The position numbers were made by a program, and so were the translations under genes. Shown here piece after piece: positions 8,027-16,726 of a DNA stretch of 64,000 nt. Every line of letters begins with the position of its first letter. Within the stretch, counting starts at the first letter, position 1. The notes beneath the pieces were generated by a model that worked only from the letters and a program-made list of their open reading frames with translations, was not told the DNA's origin and ran no database searches. This DNA is from Candidatus Eiseniibacteriota bacterium (GTDB lineage Bacteria; Eisenbacteria; RBG-16-71-46; JABDJR01): contig CAVYIE010000005.1 of assembly GCA_963768615.1 (NCBI GenBank), forward strand, positions 343,821 through 407,820, given 5' to 3'.

Positions 8027-11000
8027 TCCTCTCCAAGATGGCGGTCCGCCGCCCCGTTCTCACCACCGTGATCGTGCTGATCTTCCTGGTCCTGGGGATC
8101 TTCGCCTACCTGCGGCTGGTGGTGGACCTCTTTCCCAACGTGGAGTTCCCCTACGTCACCGTGACCACGGTGTACCCGGGGGCGGGACCGGAGGAGGTGG
8201 AGAGCCAGGTCACCAAGAAGCTCGAGGACGCGGTCTCGACCCTGGCCAACATCAAGGAGATGACCTCCACCAACATCGAGGGGCTGTCCCTGGTCATCAT
8301 CCAGTTCGAGCTGGGGGTCGATCCCGACCTCGTGGCCATCGACGTCAAGGAGAAGGTGGACGCGGTGGTGAACGACCTGCCCGAAGACACCAAGAAGCCG
8401 GTGGTCGGGAAGTTCGACGTCAACGCGCTCCCCATCATGAACCTGGCCCTGACCGGGCCCCAGTCCGGGCGCGAGCTCTACCGGGTGGCCGACAAGCAGC
8501 TCAAGGACGAGCTCTCCCAGGCGCCGGGGGTGGCGTCGGTGAGCATCGTGGGCGGGAACGAGCGCGAGATCCACGTGGATGTGGACCCCGACAAGCTGGC
8601 CGCCTACGGTCTGGATGCCAACCAGGTGGTCTCGGCCATCGGCCGTGAGAACCTGAGCATCCCCGCCGGCCTGGTCCAGCGTCCCGATCAGGAGTACACG
8701 CTGCGGGTGCTGGGCGAGTTCACCCACCTGAACCAGCTCCGGCGGCTGCCGGTGAACCTGCCCGGGTCGGGACGGACGGTGCGCGTGGAGGACGTGGGCC
8801 GGGTGGTGGACAGCTCGGTGGAGCAGCGGAACCTGGCCGAGGCCGACGGCCGGAGCGCGGTCGCCCTGATCATCCAGAAACGGACCGACGCCAACACCGT
8901 GGAGACCGCCGGCGCGGTACGGAGCCGCGTGGCCGCGCTGAACCGGCAGCTTCCCGAGGGGATGAAGATCGAGGTCATCCGCGACAATTCGACCTTCATC
9001 CGCCAGGCCGTGCACGACGTGCTGGTCAACATCCTCATCGGCATCCTCCTCACCACCATCATCCTGTACCTGTTCCTGCACAACTTCCGCACCACCCTGA
9101 TCGCCGCGGTGGCCATGCCCACCTCCATCATCGCCACTTTCCTGCTCCTGGACTTCGCCGGGTTCACCATCAACGTGATGACCCTGCTCGCCCTGGGCAT
9201 CTCCATCGGGGTCCTGGTCACCAACGCCATCGTGGTCCTGGAGAACATCCAGAGCCACATCGACGTCCACGGGGAGGATCCGCCCACCGCGGCCCAGCGG
9301 GGCACGGACGAGATCGCCATCGCGGTGGCGGCCACCGCCGGTACCAACGTCGTGGTCTTCACTCCCATCGCGTTCATGGGCGGGATCGTGGGCCAGTTCT
9401 TCATCCAGTTCGGGCTCACCGTGGTCTTCGCCACCCTGTTCTCCCTCCTGATCAGCTTCACCCTGACCCCCATGCTGGCGGCCAAGGTCCTGAAGTCCAA
9501 GGAGGAGCAGGAGAAGCGGGTGGCCGGCCACCGGTGGTTCCTGGCCCGCCTGGAAAGGCCGTTTCTCAAGCTGGCCGGATTCTGGGAACAGGGATACCGC
9601 CGGGTGGAGGACGTCTACCGCCGGAGCGTAGCCTGGTCGCTGAAGCATCGGGCCTGGACGCTGGTCATCGTCACCCTGTTGTTCCTGACCAGCTTCGTTC
9701 CCTTCTTCTTCAGGCTGGTGGGGTCCGAGTTCCTCCCCCAGTCGGACGCCGGATTCATCCAGGTGGCGGTCACCCTGCCTGCGGGGAGCACCCTGGAGCA
9801 GACCCACGAGACCCTCACCGAGATCGAGGACATCGCGCGGGAGAGCGTTCCCGAGATCGAGGCCGTCCTCCTCACCGTGGGTGGAGACAACCAGGGGGTG
9901 GAGAAGGGCGACCTCACGATCCGGCTCACTCCCGCCGCCGACCGGAAGCGGGGGATCCAGCAGATCATGAACGATCTCCGCGTGCGTCTGGCCGGCCTTC
10001 CCGCCGCGGACATCCAGGTCCAGGTCGCCTCCCAGTTCGGGAGCGGCCAGCAGGACATCGAGGCCGACGTGCTCGGTCCGGACCTCGACACCATCCGTAC
10101 CATCGCCGACAGCCTCCAGAACGCCATGTCCGCGATCCCGGGACTGGTGGACGTCAGCTCCAGCGCCAAGCCCGGCAAGCCCGAGATCGTCTTCCGCCCC
10201 GACCGGGAAGAGATGTCCGACCGGATGCTGGCCCTGGCCGGGGTGGGGGGCGAGCTGCGCACGCTGTACGAAGGGACGGTGGCCTCCAAGTACCGCGAGG
10301 AGGGGGACGAATACGACATCCGGGTGCGCATGATGCCCTCCGACCGCAGCCGGCTCCAGTCCATCCCCCAGGTGCGCCTTTCGGGATCGAATGGCCTGGT
10401 GCCTCTGGACGCCCTCGGGGACCTGGGCCGCCGGCGGGGCCTGGCCGAGATCACCCGCAAGAACAAGGAGCGCATGGTCTCCGTCGGCGCCAACATCGGC
10501 TCGGGCAGCCTGGTCCAGAAGGTGAACGCCATCCAGGCCCGGGTGGCGGCCATGAACCTTCCCCCCGGCTACCGCGTGGAGTACGCGGGCCAGTACGAGG
10601 ATCTCGGGGACACCTTCGTGCAGATCCTCCAGGCCTTGATCCTGGCCATCGTGCTCACCTACCTGCTCCTGGCCGCGATCCTGGAGTCCTTCGTCCATCC
10701 CTTCACCATCATGTTCACCCTGCCCCTGGGCCTGGTGGGGGTGGTGTGGTCGCTGGTTCTGACCGGAGCCACCATCAACATCTTCTCCCTCATGGCGGTG
10801 GTGATGCTGGTGGGGATCGTGGTCAACAACGCGATCCTCATCCTGGACCTGGCCGGACAGCTCCGCGCCAAGGGGATGAACGCGAGGGAAGCGATCGCCG
10901 AGGCCGCCCCGGGCCGGCTCCGGCCCATCGTGATGACCACCCTGGCCATCCTGGCCGGCATCCTCCCCCAGGCCCTGGGCGGCGCCGGTGCGGCCTACAC

Positions 11001-11148
11001 CGTGGCCATGGCGGTGGTGACCATGGGAGGGATCCTGGCCTCCGGCGCGCTGTCGCTGTACCTGATCCCGGTTCTCTACACCCTGTTCGACCGGCTCACG
11101 GCGCAGGGACGCGCCGACCGGCGGAAGGCGAAGGAGGCCGGCGCCTAG
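8023..11148 (+). CDS. RND multidrug efflux transporter permease (HAE1/AcrB family)
   Basis: 1041 aa, 12-TM RND topology; start may be ATG 8038 (MAVRRPVLTTVIVLIFLVLGIFAY...). Confidence 0.9.
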   Translation: MILSKMAVRRPVLTTVIVLIFLVLGIFAYLRLVVDLFPNVEFPYVTVTTVYPGAGPEEVESQVTKKLEDAVSTLANIKEMTSTNIEGLSLVIIQFELGVDPDLVAIDVKEKVDAVVNDLPEDTKKPVVGKFDVNALPIMNLALTGPQSGRELYRVADKQLKDELSQAPGVASVSIVGGNEREIHVDVDPDKLAAYGLDANQVVSAIGRENLSIPAGLVQRPDQEYTLRVLGEFTHLNQLRRLPVNLPGSGRTVRVEDVGRVVDSSVEQRNLAEADGRSAVALIIQKRTDANTVETAGAVRSRVAALNRQLPEGMKIEVIRDNSTFIRQAVHDVLVNILIGILLTTIILYLFLHNFRTTLIAAVAMPTSIIATFLLLDFAGFTINVMTLLALGISIGVLVTNAIVVLENIQSHIDVHGEDPPTAAQRGTDEIAIAVAATAGTNVVVFTPIAFMGGIVGQFFIQFGLTVVFATLFSLLISFTLTPMLAAKVLKSKEEQEKRVAGHRWFLARLERPFLKLAGFWEQGYRRVEDVYRRSVAWSLKHRAWTLVIVTLLFLTSFVPFFFRLVGSEFLPQSDAGFIQVAVTLPAGSTLEQTHETLTEIEDIARESVPEIEAVLLTVGGDNQGVEKGDLTIRLTPAADRKRGIQQIMNDLRVRLAGLPAADIQVQVASQFGSGQQDIEADVLGPDLDTIRTIADSLQNAMSAIPGLVDVSSSAKPGKPEIVFRPDREEMSDRMLALAGVGGELRTLYEGTVASKYREEGDEYDIRVRMMPSDRSRLQSIPQVRLSGSNGLVPLDALGDLGRRRGLAEITRKNKERMVSVGANIGSGSLVQKVNAIQARVAAMNLPPGYRVEYAGQYEDLGDTFVQILQALILAIVLTYLLLAAILESFVHPFTIMFTLPLGLVGVVWSLVLTGATINIFSLMAVVMLVGIVVNNAILILDLAGQLRAKGMNAREAIAEAAPGRLRPIVMTTLAILAGILPQALGGAGAAYTVAMAVVTMGGILASGALSLYLIPVLYTLFDRLTAQGRADRRKAKEAGA

Positions 11149-11293
11149 ACGGGGGCCCGCTCCCCGACCACCGGGGGCGGGCCGTCCGCAGCAGGAATTG
11201 GCGCTGGGGAATCCGCCCCCGGCGTGCTTTAATGGCGGCACCCCATGCAGGCACCGAACCGGCCGCGCCCCGGCGGCCCAGGGAGGCTCTCCC

Positions 11294-12262
11294 ATGTACC
11301 GGCTCGCCCTCGTGGTCCTCGTCGCCCTCCTCGCCACGGCCCCGGCCTTACCCCGCCCCCTGTCCGCCCAGGAACCGGCCCTGGTCGATCTCTGGCCCAA
11401 CGGGGACGGCACGCAGTGGGAATACGCCTACAGCTACACCGAGGAGGCGTGGCTCGGCGGCTCCAGCGACGCCTCCTTCCCGGTCCGCTACAGCTTCGAC
11501 GGCATGTACCGGCTCCCGGATGGACGTTGGACCCAGAACCTGGCCGTGGCGGTCCCGGTTGTTTCCCCCGTTGCCCGCGAGGGGGCCTCCGCCGCCCCCG
11601 CCTCCCTCGGCGACCCCCTGCTCCGGACCCTGTGGCGGGTGCGCCCCGATCTCCGGCCCGGCCTGCTCCAGCGGGCGGCCGCCCTGGATGCGGGGGACTG
11701 CATCCGCGACGCGGCCCCGAACCTCAATGCCCTCCTCCTCCACGACGCCTGGTTCCTGAAGACGGAGGAAGAGATCGCGGCCTGGGGATGCGACCTCGAC
11801 TCGGGCGCCACCACGCTGAAGCGCTGGTTGTGGCTGACCGCCGACCTAGGCCTCGGCCACACCTTCGGCATGCAGCTCGTTCCCGACCTCGCCGACGACG
11901 TGTTCCTCCACGGAACCCCGGCGGCCTGGGAGGAGGTGTCCACCCTCGCCGGCACCTTCACCGGCTGCCTGCGGGTGGACTACGTGATCGACTACGGCAC
12001 CAGCCTCTGCACCGCGCCGGGGGAGACCGGGACCGGCAGCTACCGGGCCGAGACCCGGGGGTCCGTGTACTACGCCCCGGGGGTGGGACCGGTCTACAGC
12101 ACCGAGGAGTTCCTGCCCTTCCTGGACGTGACCGGCTCCTGCGACATCCCCGCCGAAGGGGTGGGCCAGGTGGCCTCGCGGACCACCCTCGATCTCACCC
12201 TGGTCGACGTGGTCCCGGCCCGGCGCACTTCCTGGGGCGCGCTCAAGTCACGGTACGAGTGA
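11294..12262 (+). CDS. Secreted hypothetical protein (322 aa) with signal peptide and the same C-terminal tag as 1054..1701 (...LVDVVPARRTSWGALKSRYE)
   Basis: Internal ATG 11294 gives MYRLALVVLVALLATAPALPRPLSAQEP (signal peptide). The body is not obviously similar to the 1054..1701 protein, but the last roughly 20 residues are. Confidence 0.6.
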   Translation: MYRLALVVLVALLATAPALPRPLSAQEPALVDLWPNGDGTQWEYAYSYTEEAWLGGSSDASFPVRYSFDGMYRLPDGRWTQNLAVAVPVVSPVAREGASAAPASLGDPLLRTLWRVRPDLRPGLLQRAAALDAGDCIRDAAPNLNALLLHDAWFLKTEEEIAAWGCDLDSGATTLKRWLWLTADLGLGHTFGMQLVPDLADDVFLHGTPAAWEEVSTLAGTFTGCLRVDYVIDYGTSLCTAPGETGTGSYRAETRGSVYYAPGVGPVYSTEEFLPFLDVTGSCDIPAEGVGQVASRTTLDLTLVDVVPARRTSWGALKSRYE

Positions 12263-14104
12263 CGCCGTCTCCGCCCAGCGGAGCCACTCGGCCAGCACGA
12301 CCAGGGTCCAGACCGCCCGGCTGTGGTCCGCGCGCCGGTGGGCATGCTCCTCGAACAGCTCCAGCGCCGCGCTCCGGTCGATGCCGGCCCGCTCCAGGGA
12401 CGGGTCACCCACCCGGTCCCGGGCCCAGTCGTGGAGATCCTCCCGGAGCCATTGGGCCAGGGGAACGGAGAGGCCCCGCTTGCGGCGGCGCACGATCCGG
12501 CGGGGGAGGTACCGCTCGGCGTAACCCTTGAGGAAGTGCTTGGTGGTGAAGCGCCGGACCCGGTCCCGGGGGGCGAGCCGGGCCGCGAACTCCATCACGT
12601 TCCGGTCCAGGTAGGGCGCCCGCAGCTCCAGGGCCGAACTCATGCTCGCGCGGTCGGCCTTGGTCAGGAGTCCCTCGGCCAGGGAGGTCTCCAGGTCGTG
12701 CCGCTGCACCGTGTCCAATAGCCGCGGCAGGGTATCCATCTCCGGTTCGGGGACCGCCACCCCGAGCCGCTCGAGAAGCGCGGGAGGGAGGTTCGAGGTC
12801 CAGAGCAGGTGGCGGTCGCCGCCGGCCATCTCCGCCCCGGCCACGAATTTCTTGAGCAGGAAGGAGATCGAGACCTTCTTGTCGCTCGGGGGCCAGGCCT
12901 CCACCATGCGGCGGACCGGAGCCTTGAACCAGCCGGGCAGGCCCGCGTAGCGCGCGCTCATCAGTGCGCCCAGGTAGGTCGGATAGCCGCCGAAGAGCTC
13001 GTCCGCCCCCTCCCCGACCAGGGCCACCTTGGCGTCCTCGGCCGCCCGGCGGGCCAGAAGGGCGGTGGGAATCCAGGCGGGATCGGCCAGGGGCTCTCCG
13101 ACCCGGGCGATGAGCCGGGGAAGCTCCACCTGGAAGTCCTCCGGCCGCACCCAGACCGGGACCTGGGGCAGCCCCAGGTGGCCGGCCACCGCGGCCGCCG
13201 CATCGCCCTCGTCGTAGGAGGCCTCGGAGAAGCGCAGGGTATAGGCGGGGAAGACGACCTGAGGGCGGACCGTGCGGGCCACCGCGGCCACCAGGGAGGA
13301 GTCGATCCCCCCGCTCAGGAACACCCCGAAGGGCACCTCGTTCTCGGTCTGGTGGAGAAGAACGTCCCGGAGCACCCGGTCGAACTCGTCCGCGGTGGGG
13401 GGCGGGCCCGCGGCGGCTCCCACCGGCCACCGCCACCACCGGTCCACGCGGGCCGTTTCCGAATCGTTTTCGAAGACCACCCGGTGGGCCGGGGGCACCT
13501 TGCGGACCCCGGAGAACGGTGACGCGGGGGCGGTGAAGCTGCCGAAGCGCAGGTACCCGGCCAGCGCCGCCCGGTCCACGGTGAGCGGGTCGAGACCCTT
13601 TCCGACCAGGGCGCAGATCTCGGTGGCGAAGGAGATCGTCTCGCCGCCGCGATGGTAGAAGAGGGGGCGCTCGCCGGCCCGGTCCCGGACCAGCAGCAGC
13701 CGGCGGCGGCGGGGATCGTGGAGGGCGATGGCGAAGGCGCCGGTCAGGGCCTCGGGGAAACGGTCGCCGAGCTCCAGGTAGAGCGCGGGAATGACGGCCA
13801 CGTCGGATTCGCCCCGCACCGCATGACCCCGTCCGGCCAGGAATTCGCGAAGCTCGCGGTGGTTGTCGATCTCGCCGTTGCAGATCACGGTGACGCCGCT
13901 TCCGGGATCGCTCACCGGTTGGGCGCCGCCGTTGAGACCGCGAATGGCCAGGCGGGTGATGCCCAGCACCGCTCCGTCCCGGCCTCCCACCCCGGTCTCG
14001 TCGGGACCCCGGTGGGCGAGGGCGGACATCATTCCCTGGACGCGGGCCCGGTCGCCCGCGACGGCGGGCCCGGCGTACCGGACCACACCGCAGACGCCGC
14101 ACAC
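12248..14104 (-). CDS. asnB: Asparagine synthetase (glutamine-hydrolysing), AsnB family
   Basis: N-terminal MCGVCGVV (Cys2 nucleophile of class-II glutamine amidotransferases), the AsnB-type SGGIDSS PP-loop, and the usual 618-aa length. Confidence 0.85.
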   Translation of the reverse strand: MCGVCGVVRYAGPAVAGDRARVQGMMSALAHRGPDETGVGGRDGAVLGITRLAIRGLNGGAQPVSDPGSGVTVICNGEIDNHRELREFLAGRGHAVRGESDVAVIPALYLELGDRFPEALTGAFAIALHDPRRRRLLLVRDRAGERPLFYHRGGETISFATEICALVGKGLDPLTVDRAALAGYLRFGSFTAPASPFSGVRKVPPAHRVVFENDSETARVDRWWRWPVGAAAGPPPTADEFDRVLRDVLLHQTENEVPFGVFLSGGIDSSLVAAVARTVRPQVVFPAYTLRFSEASYDEGDAAAAVAGHLGLPQVPVWVRPEDFQVELPRLIARVGEPLADPAWIPTALLARRAAEDAKVALVGEGADELFGGYPTYLGALMSARYAGLPGWFKAPVRRMVEAWPPSDKKVSISFLLKKFVAGAEMAGGDRHLLWTSNLPPALLERLGVAVPEPEMDTLPRLLDTVQRHDLETSLAEGLLTKADRASMSSALELRAPYLDRNVMEFAARLAPRDRVRRFTTKHFLKGYAERYLPRRIVRRRKRGLSVPLAQWLREDLHDWARDRVGDPSLERAGIDRSAALELFEEHAHRRADHSRAVWTLVVLAEWLRWAETASLVP

Positions 14105-14105
14105 G

Positions 14106-14966
14106 TCAGGCTCGCGGCTTGGCAGCCACCTCGGCGCATTCCAGGATGCGGTCGAGCCGGAAGTCGCGGTCCTCCTTGCGGAGATGGCAGTAGGCCCGCA
14201 TGTTCATGCCCCGGATGTCCTTGGGGGTGACGCGGCGGCGGGTCTGGCCCCCGCTTCCCCGGTAGGCGATCTCGATGTCGTGATGGGCCTCGATGGCCCG
14301 CCGGATATGCTCGACCACCAGGGAGAAGCTGTTGTCCTCGCCGCGGCCGGGGCCGCCGATGGAGAACTGGTAGGAGGTGCGATAGCCGGGGATGCGGGAG
14401 ATGTCGTCCTGGCCCCGCTTGTGGTACTCGTCCAGGAACTTGCGCAGCACGTGCCAGGCCATGCGGGCGTCGTCCAGCGCCCGGTGGGCGTGGGGCCCCT
14501 CGATGCCCATGCGGTTGGCCAGGATCCCCAGGGTGAACGGGCCGGGATCGTCCTGGGCCCGGGCCAGCTCCAGGGTGTCCATGACCGGGTTCCCGAGCTG
14601 GGTCCGGCCCAGCTTCTCCAGCTTGTACTGGAGGAAGGCCATGTCGAACTCGGCGTTGTGGGCCACGATGATGGCGTCGTCGAAGAGGGGCAGCACGTCC
14701 TCCACCAGGTCCTCGAACCGGGGCTTGCCCTTCAGCATCCCGGAGCTGATGCCGCTGACCTGGGCCGCGGCGGGATCCATCTCCCGCCCGGGGTCCACCA
14801 GCTCGCTGTACTCCCCGACGATCTCGCCTCCCTCCACCCTCACCAGGCCGATCTCCACGATCTCGTCCCCCACCGCCGGGTACAGGCCGGTGGTCTCGAA
14901 GTCGAGAACCGCGAAGGGCTTCTGAAGAAGGGGGTTGGGAAGGGCGCTGAAGAGATCGATGGACAT
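14106..14966 (-). CDS. DnaQ-like DEDDh 3'-5' exonuclease fused to a C-terminal WYL-like domain
   Basis: Exo motifs I (AVLDFETTGL), II (VAHNAEFDMAFL) and III (HRALDDARM). The C-terminal roughly 90 aa (IEIAYRGSGGQTRRRVTPKDIRGMNMRAYCHLRKEDRDFRLDRI) follow the WYL-domain pattern. 2-nt gap to asnB downstream (operon). Confidence 0.7.
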   Translation of the reverse strand: MSIDLFSALPNPLLQKPFAVLDFETTGLYPAVGDEIVEIGLVRVEGGEIVGEYSELVDPGREMDPAAAQVSGISSGMLKGKPRFEDLVEDVLPLFDDAIIVAHNAEFDMAFLQYKLEKLGRTQLGNPVMDTLELARAQDDPGPFTLGILANRMGIEGPHAHRALDDARMAWHVLRKFLDEYHKRGQDDISRIPGYRTSYQFSIGGPGRGEDNSFSLVVEHIRRAIEAHHDIEIAYRGSGGQTRRRVTPKDIRGMNMRAYCHLRKEDRDFRLDRILECAEVAAKPRA

Positions 14967-15112
14967 GAGGGTTTCCTTGGACGTGCAGGACGGGACTTGG
15001 GCGACGTTCCATTCTAGCCCACCGGGGAGGGCGGGGAAAGCCCGGCCCCGCGGCGGCCGGCCGCCCGGGTGGTATACTTCCCGGCCCGGACCCGACCATC
15101 GAGGACCCAGCC

Positions 15113-15496
15113 ATGTTCGAGATCACCAAGACCGCCGAGTTCGCCGCCGCCCACTCCCTGCGGGACTACGACGGCCCCTGCGCCCGGAACCACGGCCACA
15201 ACTACAGGTTGGAGCTGACCGTCCGCGGCGGGGTGCTGGACGACCAGCGCATGCTGATCGACTTCACCGCCCTGGACCGGGTGCTCGGCCCCTTCCTGGA
15301 GCGGGTGGACCATCGCAACCTGAACGAGGTCCCCCCCTTCACCGAGGTGAACCCCACCGCGGAGGCGGTGGCGGCCTGGATCCACGCCGAGCTGGCCCGG
15401 GAGATCGGCGCCGCCTCGGGGGGGCGGGCCCGCCTGACCGCGGTCCGGCTGTGGGAAACTCCCGACGCCTGTGTTACGTATACCCCCGACGACTGA
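15113..15496 (+). CDS. queD: 6-carboxy-5,6,7,8-tetrahydropterin synthase (QueD / PTPS family)
   Basis: 127 aa. CxxxHGH motif context (CARNHGHNYRLE) and QueD-like length. Confidence 0.9.
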   Translation: MFEITKTAEFAAAHSLRDYDGPCARNHGHNYRLELTVRGGVLDDQRMLIDFTALDRVLGPFLERVDHRNLNEVPPFTEVNPTAEAVAAWIHAELAREIGAASGGRARLTAVRLWETPDACVTYTPDD

Positions 15497-15589
15497 CCCG
15501 TCCCCGGATCGGCCCCCCCCGGCATCCCGATCCTCCTGCAATCCCCCGGCCTGACCTGAACCGAGCCGGCTCCCCGAGCCCGCCGGGAG

Positions 15590-16726
15590 ATGAGAGCCAT
15601 GTCGAATCCCCTGCCTCGCCTCCGGCGTCCGGCGCGCGCCGTCCGGCTCCCGGTCCTGGCCGGCGCGCTCCTCGCCCTCGCCGGCTGCGGCGGCGGGGAC
15701 GCCTCGCCGGAAGCCGCCGCCGACACCACCGCCGCCGTCGTGGTCCCGGTGGCCGTCCACGTCCTGGCCGCCGGTCCGGCCACGGCCTCGATCCGGGCCT
15801 GGGGCACGGTGGAGCCGGTCCGCCAGGCCCGCATCCTCTCCGAGGTCTCGGGCCGGGTGGCCTCCACCGGAGCCGGGCTGGGGGACCGGGTGGAGGCGGG
15901 CCGGGTGCTGCTCGAAATCGACCCCGGTCTCCACGATGCCCGGGTCCGTGAATCCGAGGCCTCGACGCGCAGCGCGGCCCTCGCCCTGGAGAAGGCGGAG
16001 CGGGACCTCGACCGCGCCCAGGCCCTCTACGACGAGGGCTCCATTTCCGACAGCGAGCTGGAGGCGGCCCGGACCGCCGGGGCCCAGGCCGAAGCGTCCG
16101 CCGCGTCGGCCGAGGCCTCCCTGGCCCAGGCCCGCAAGAACCTGGCCGCGGCCCGGCTGCGCGCCCCCTTCGCCGGCGAACTGGCCTCGCGGCTCCCCGA
16201 CCCCGGCACCAGCGTGAGCCTCGGCTCGCCCCTGGCCATCCTGGTGGACATCGACCGGGTGCGGGTGGAGGCGGCGGTCTCGGAGGAGGACCTGGCCCAC
16301 GTGGCCCGGGGCGGCGCCGCCACCCTCACCGCCGGCGGGGTGCCGGGCTCTCCCGTCTCCGGCGTCGTGACCGCGGTCGGCCCCCAGGCCGACCCCGAGA
16401 GCGGGCAGTTCCCGGTGGTGATCGAGGCCGAGAACCCGGCCGGCCATCCCCTCCGGGGGGGGATGGTGGTCCGGTGCGAGATCGTCTACGCCAGCTACGA
16501 CTCGATCCCCCTCCTGCCGGTGGACGCCCTCATCGACGCCGAGGGTGAGGACGCCTTCTACGTGGTCCGGAACGGCCGGGCGGAGCGGCGGACGGCCAGT
16601 CTCGGCCCCCGCCGGGACCAGATGGCGGCGGTCCTGGCCGGGGCGGCGGTGGGGGACTCGGTGGTGGTCCTGGGCCAGGTGCGGCTGGCCGACGGGGCGC
16701 CGGTGCGGGTGGAAGAGGTGCGGTGA
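15590..16726 (+). CDS. RND efflux membrane fusion protein (lipoprotein, HlyD family)
   Basis: Signal peptide with lipobox-like LALAGCGG; coiled-coil hairpin and beta-barrel regions; 4-nt overlap with the downstream RND pump. Confidence 0.85.
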   Translation: MRAMSNPLPRLRRPARAVRLPVLAGALLALAGCGGGDASPEAAADTTAAVVVPVAVHVLAAGPATASIRAWGTVEPVRQARILSEVSGRVASTGAGLGDRVEAGRVLLEIDPGLHDARVRESEASTRSAALALEKAERDLDRAQALYDEGSISDSELEAARTAGAQAEASAASAEASLAQARKNLAAARLRAPFAGELASRLPDPGTSVSLGSPLAILVDIDRVRVEAAVSEEDLAHVARGGAATLTAGGVPGSPVSGVVTAVGPQADPESGQFPVVIEAENPAGHPLRGGMVVRCEIVYASYDSIPLLPVDALIDAEGEDAFYVVRNGRAERRTASLGPRRDQMAAVLAGAAVGDSVVVLGQVRLADGAPVRVEEVR

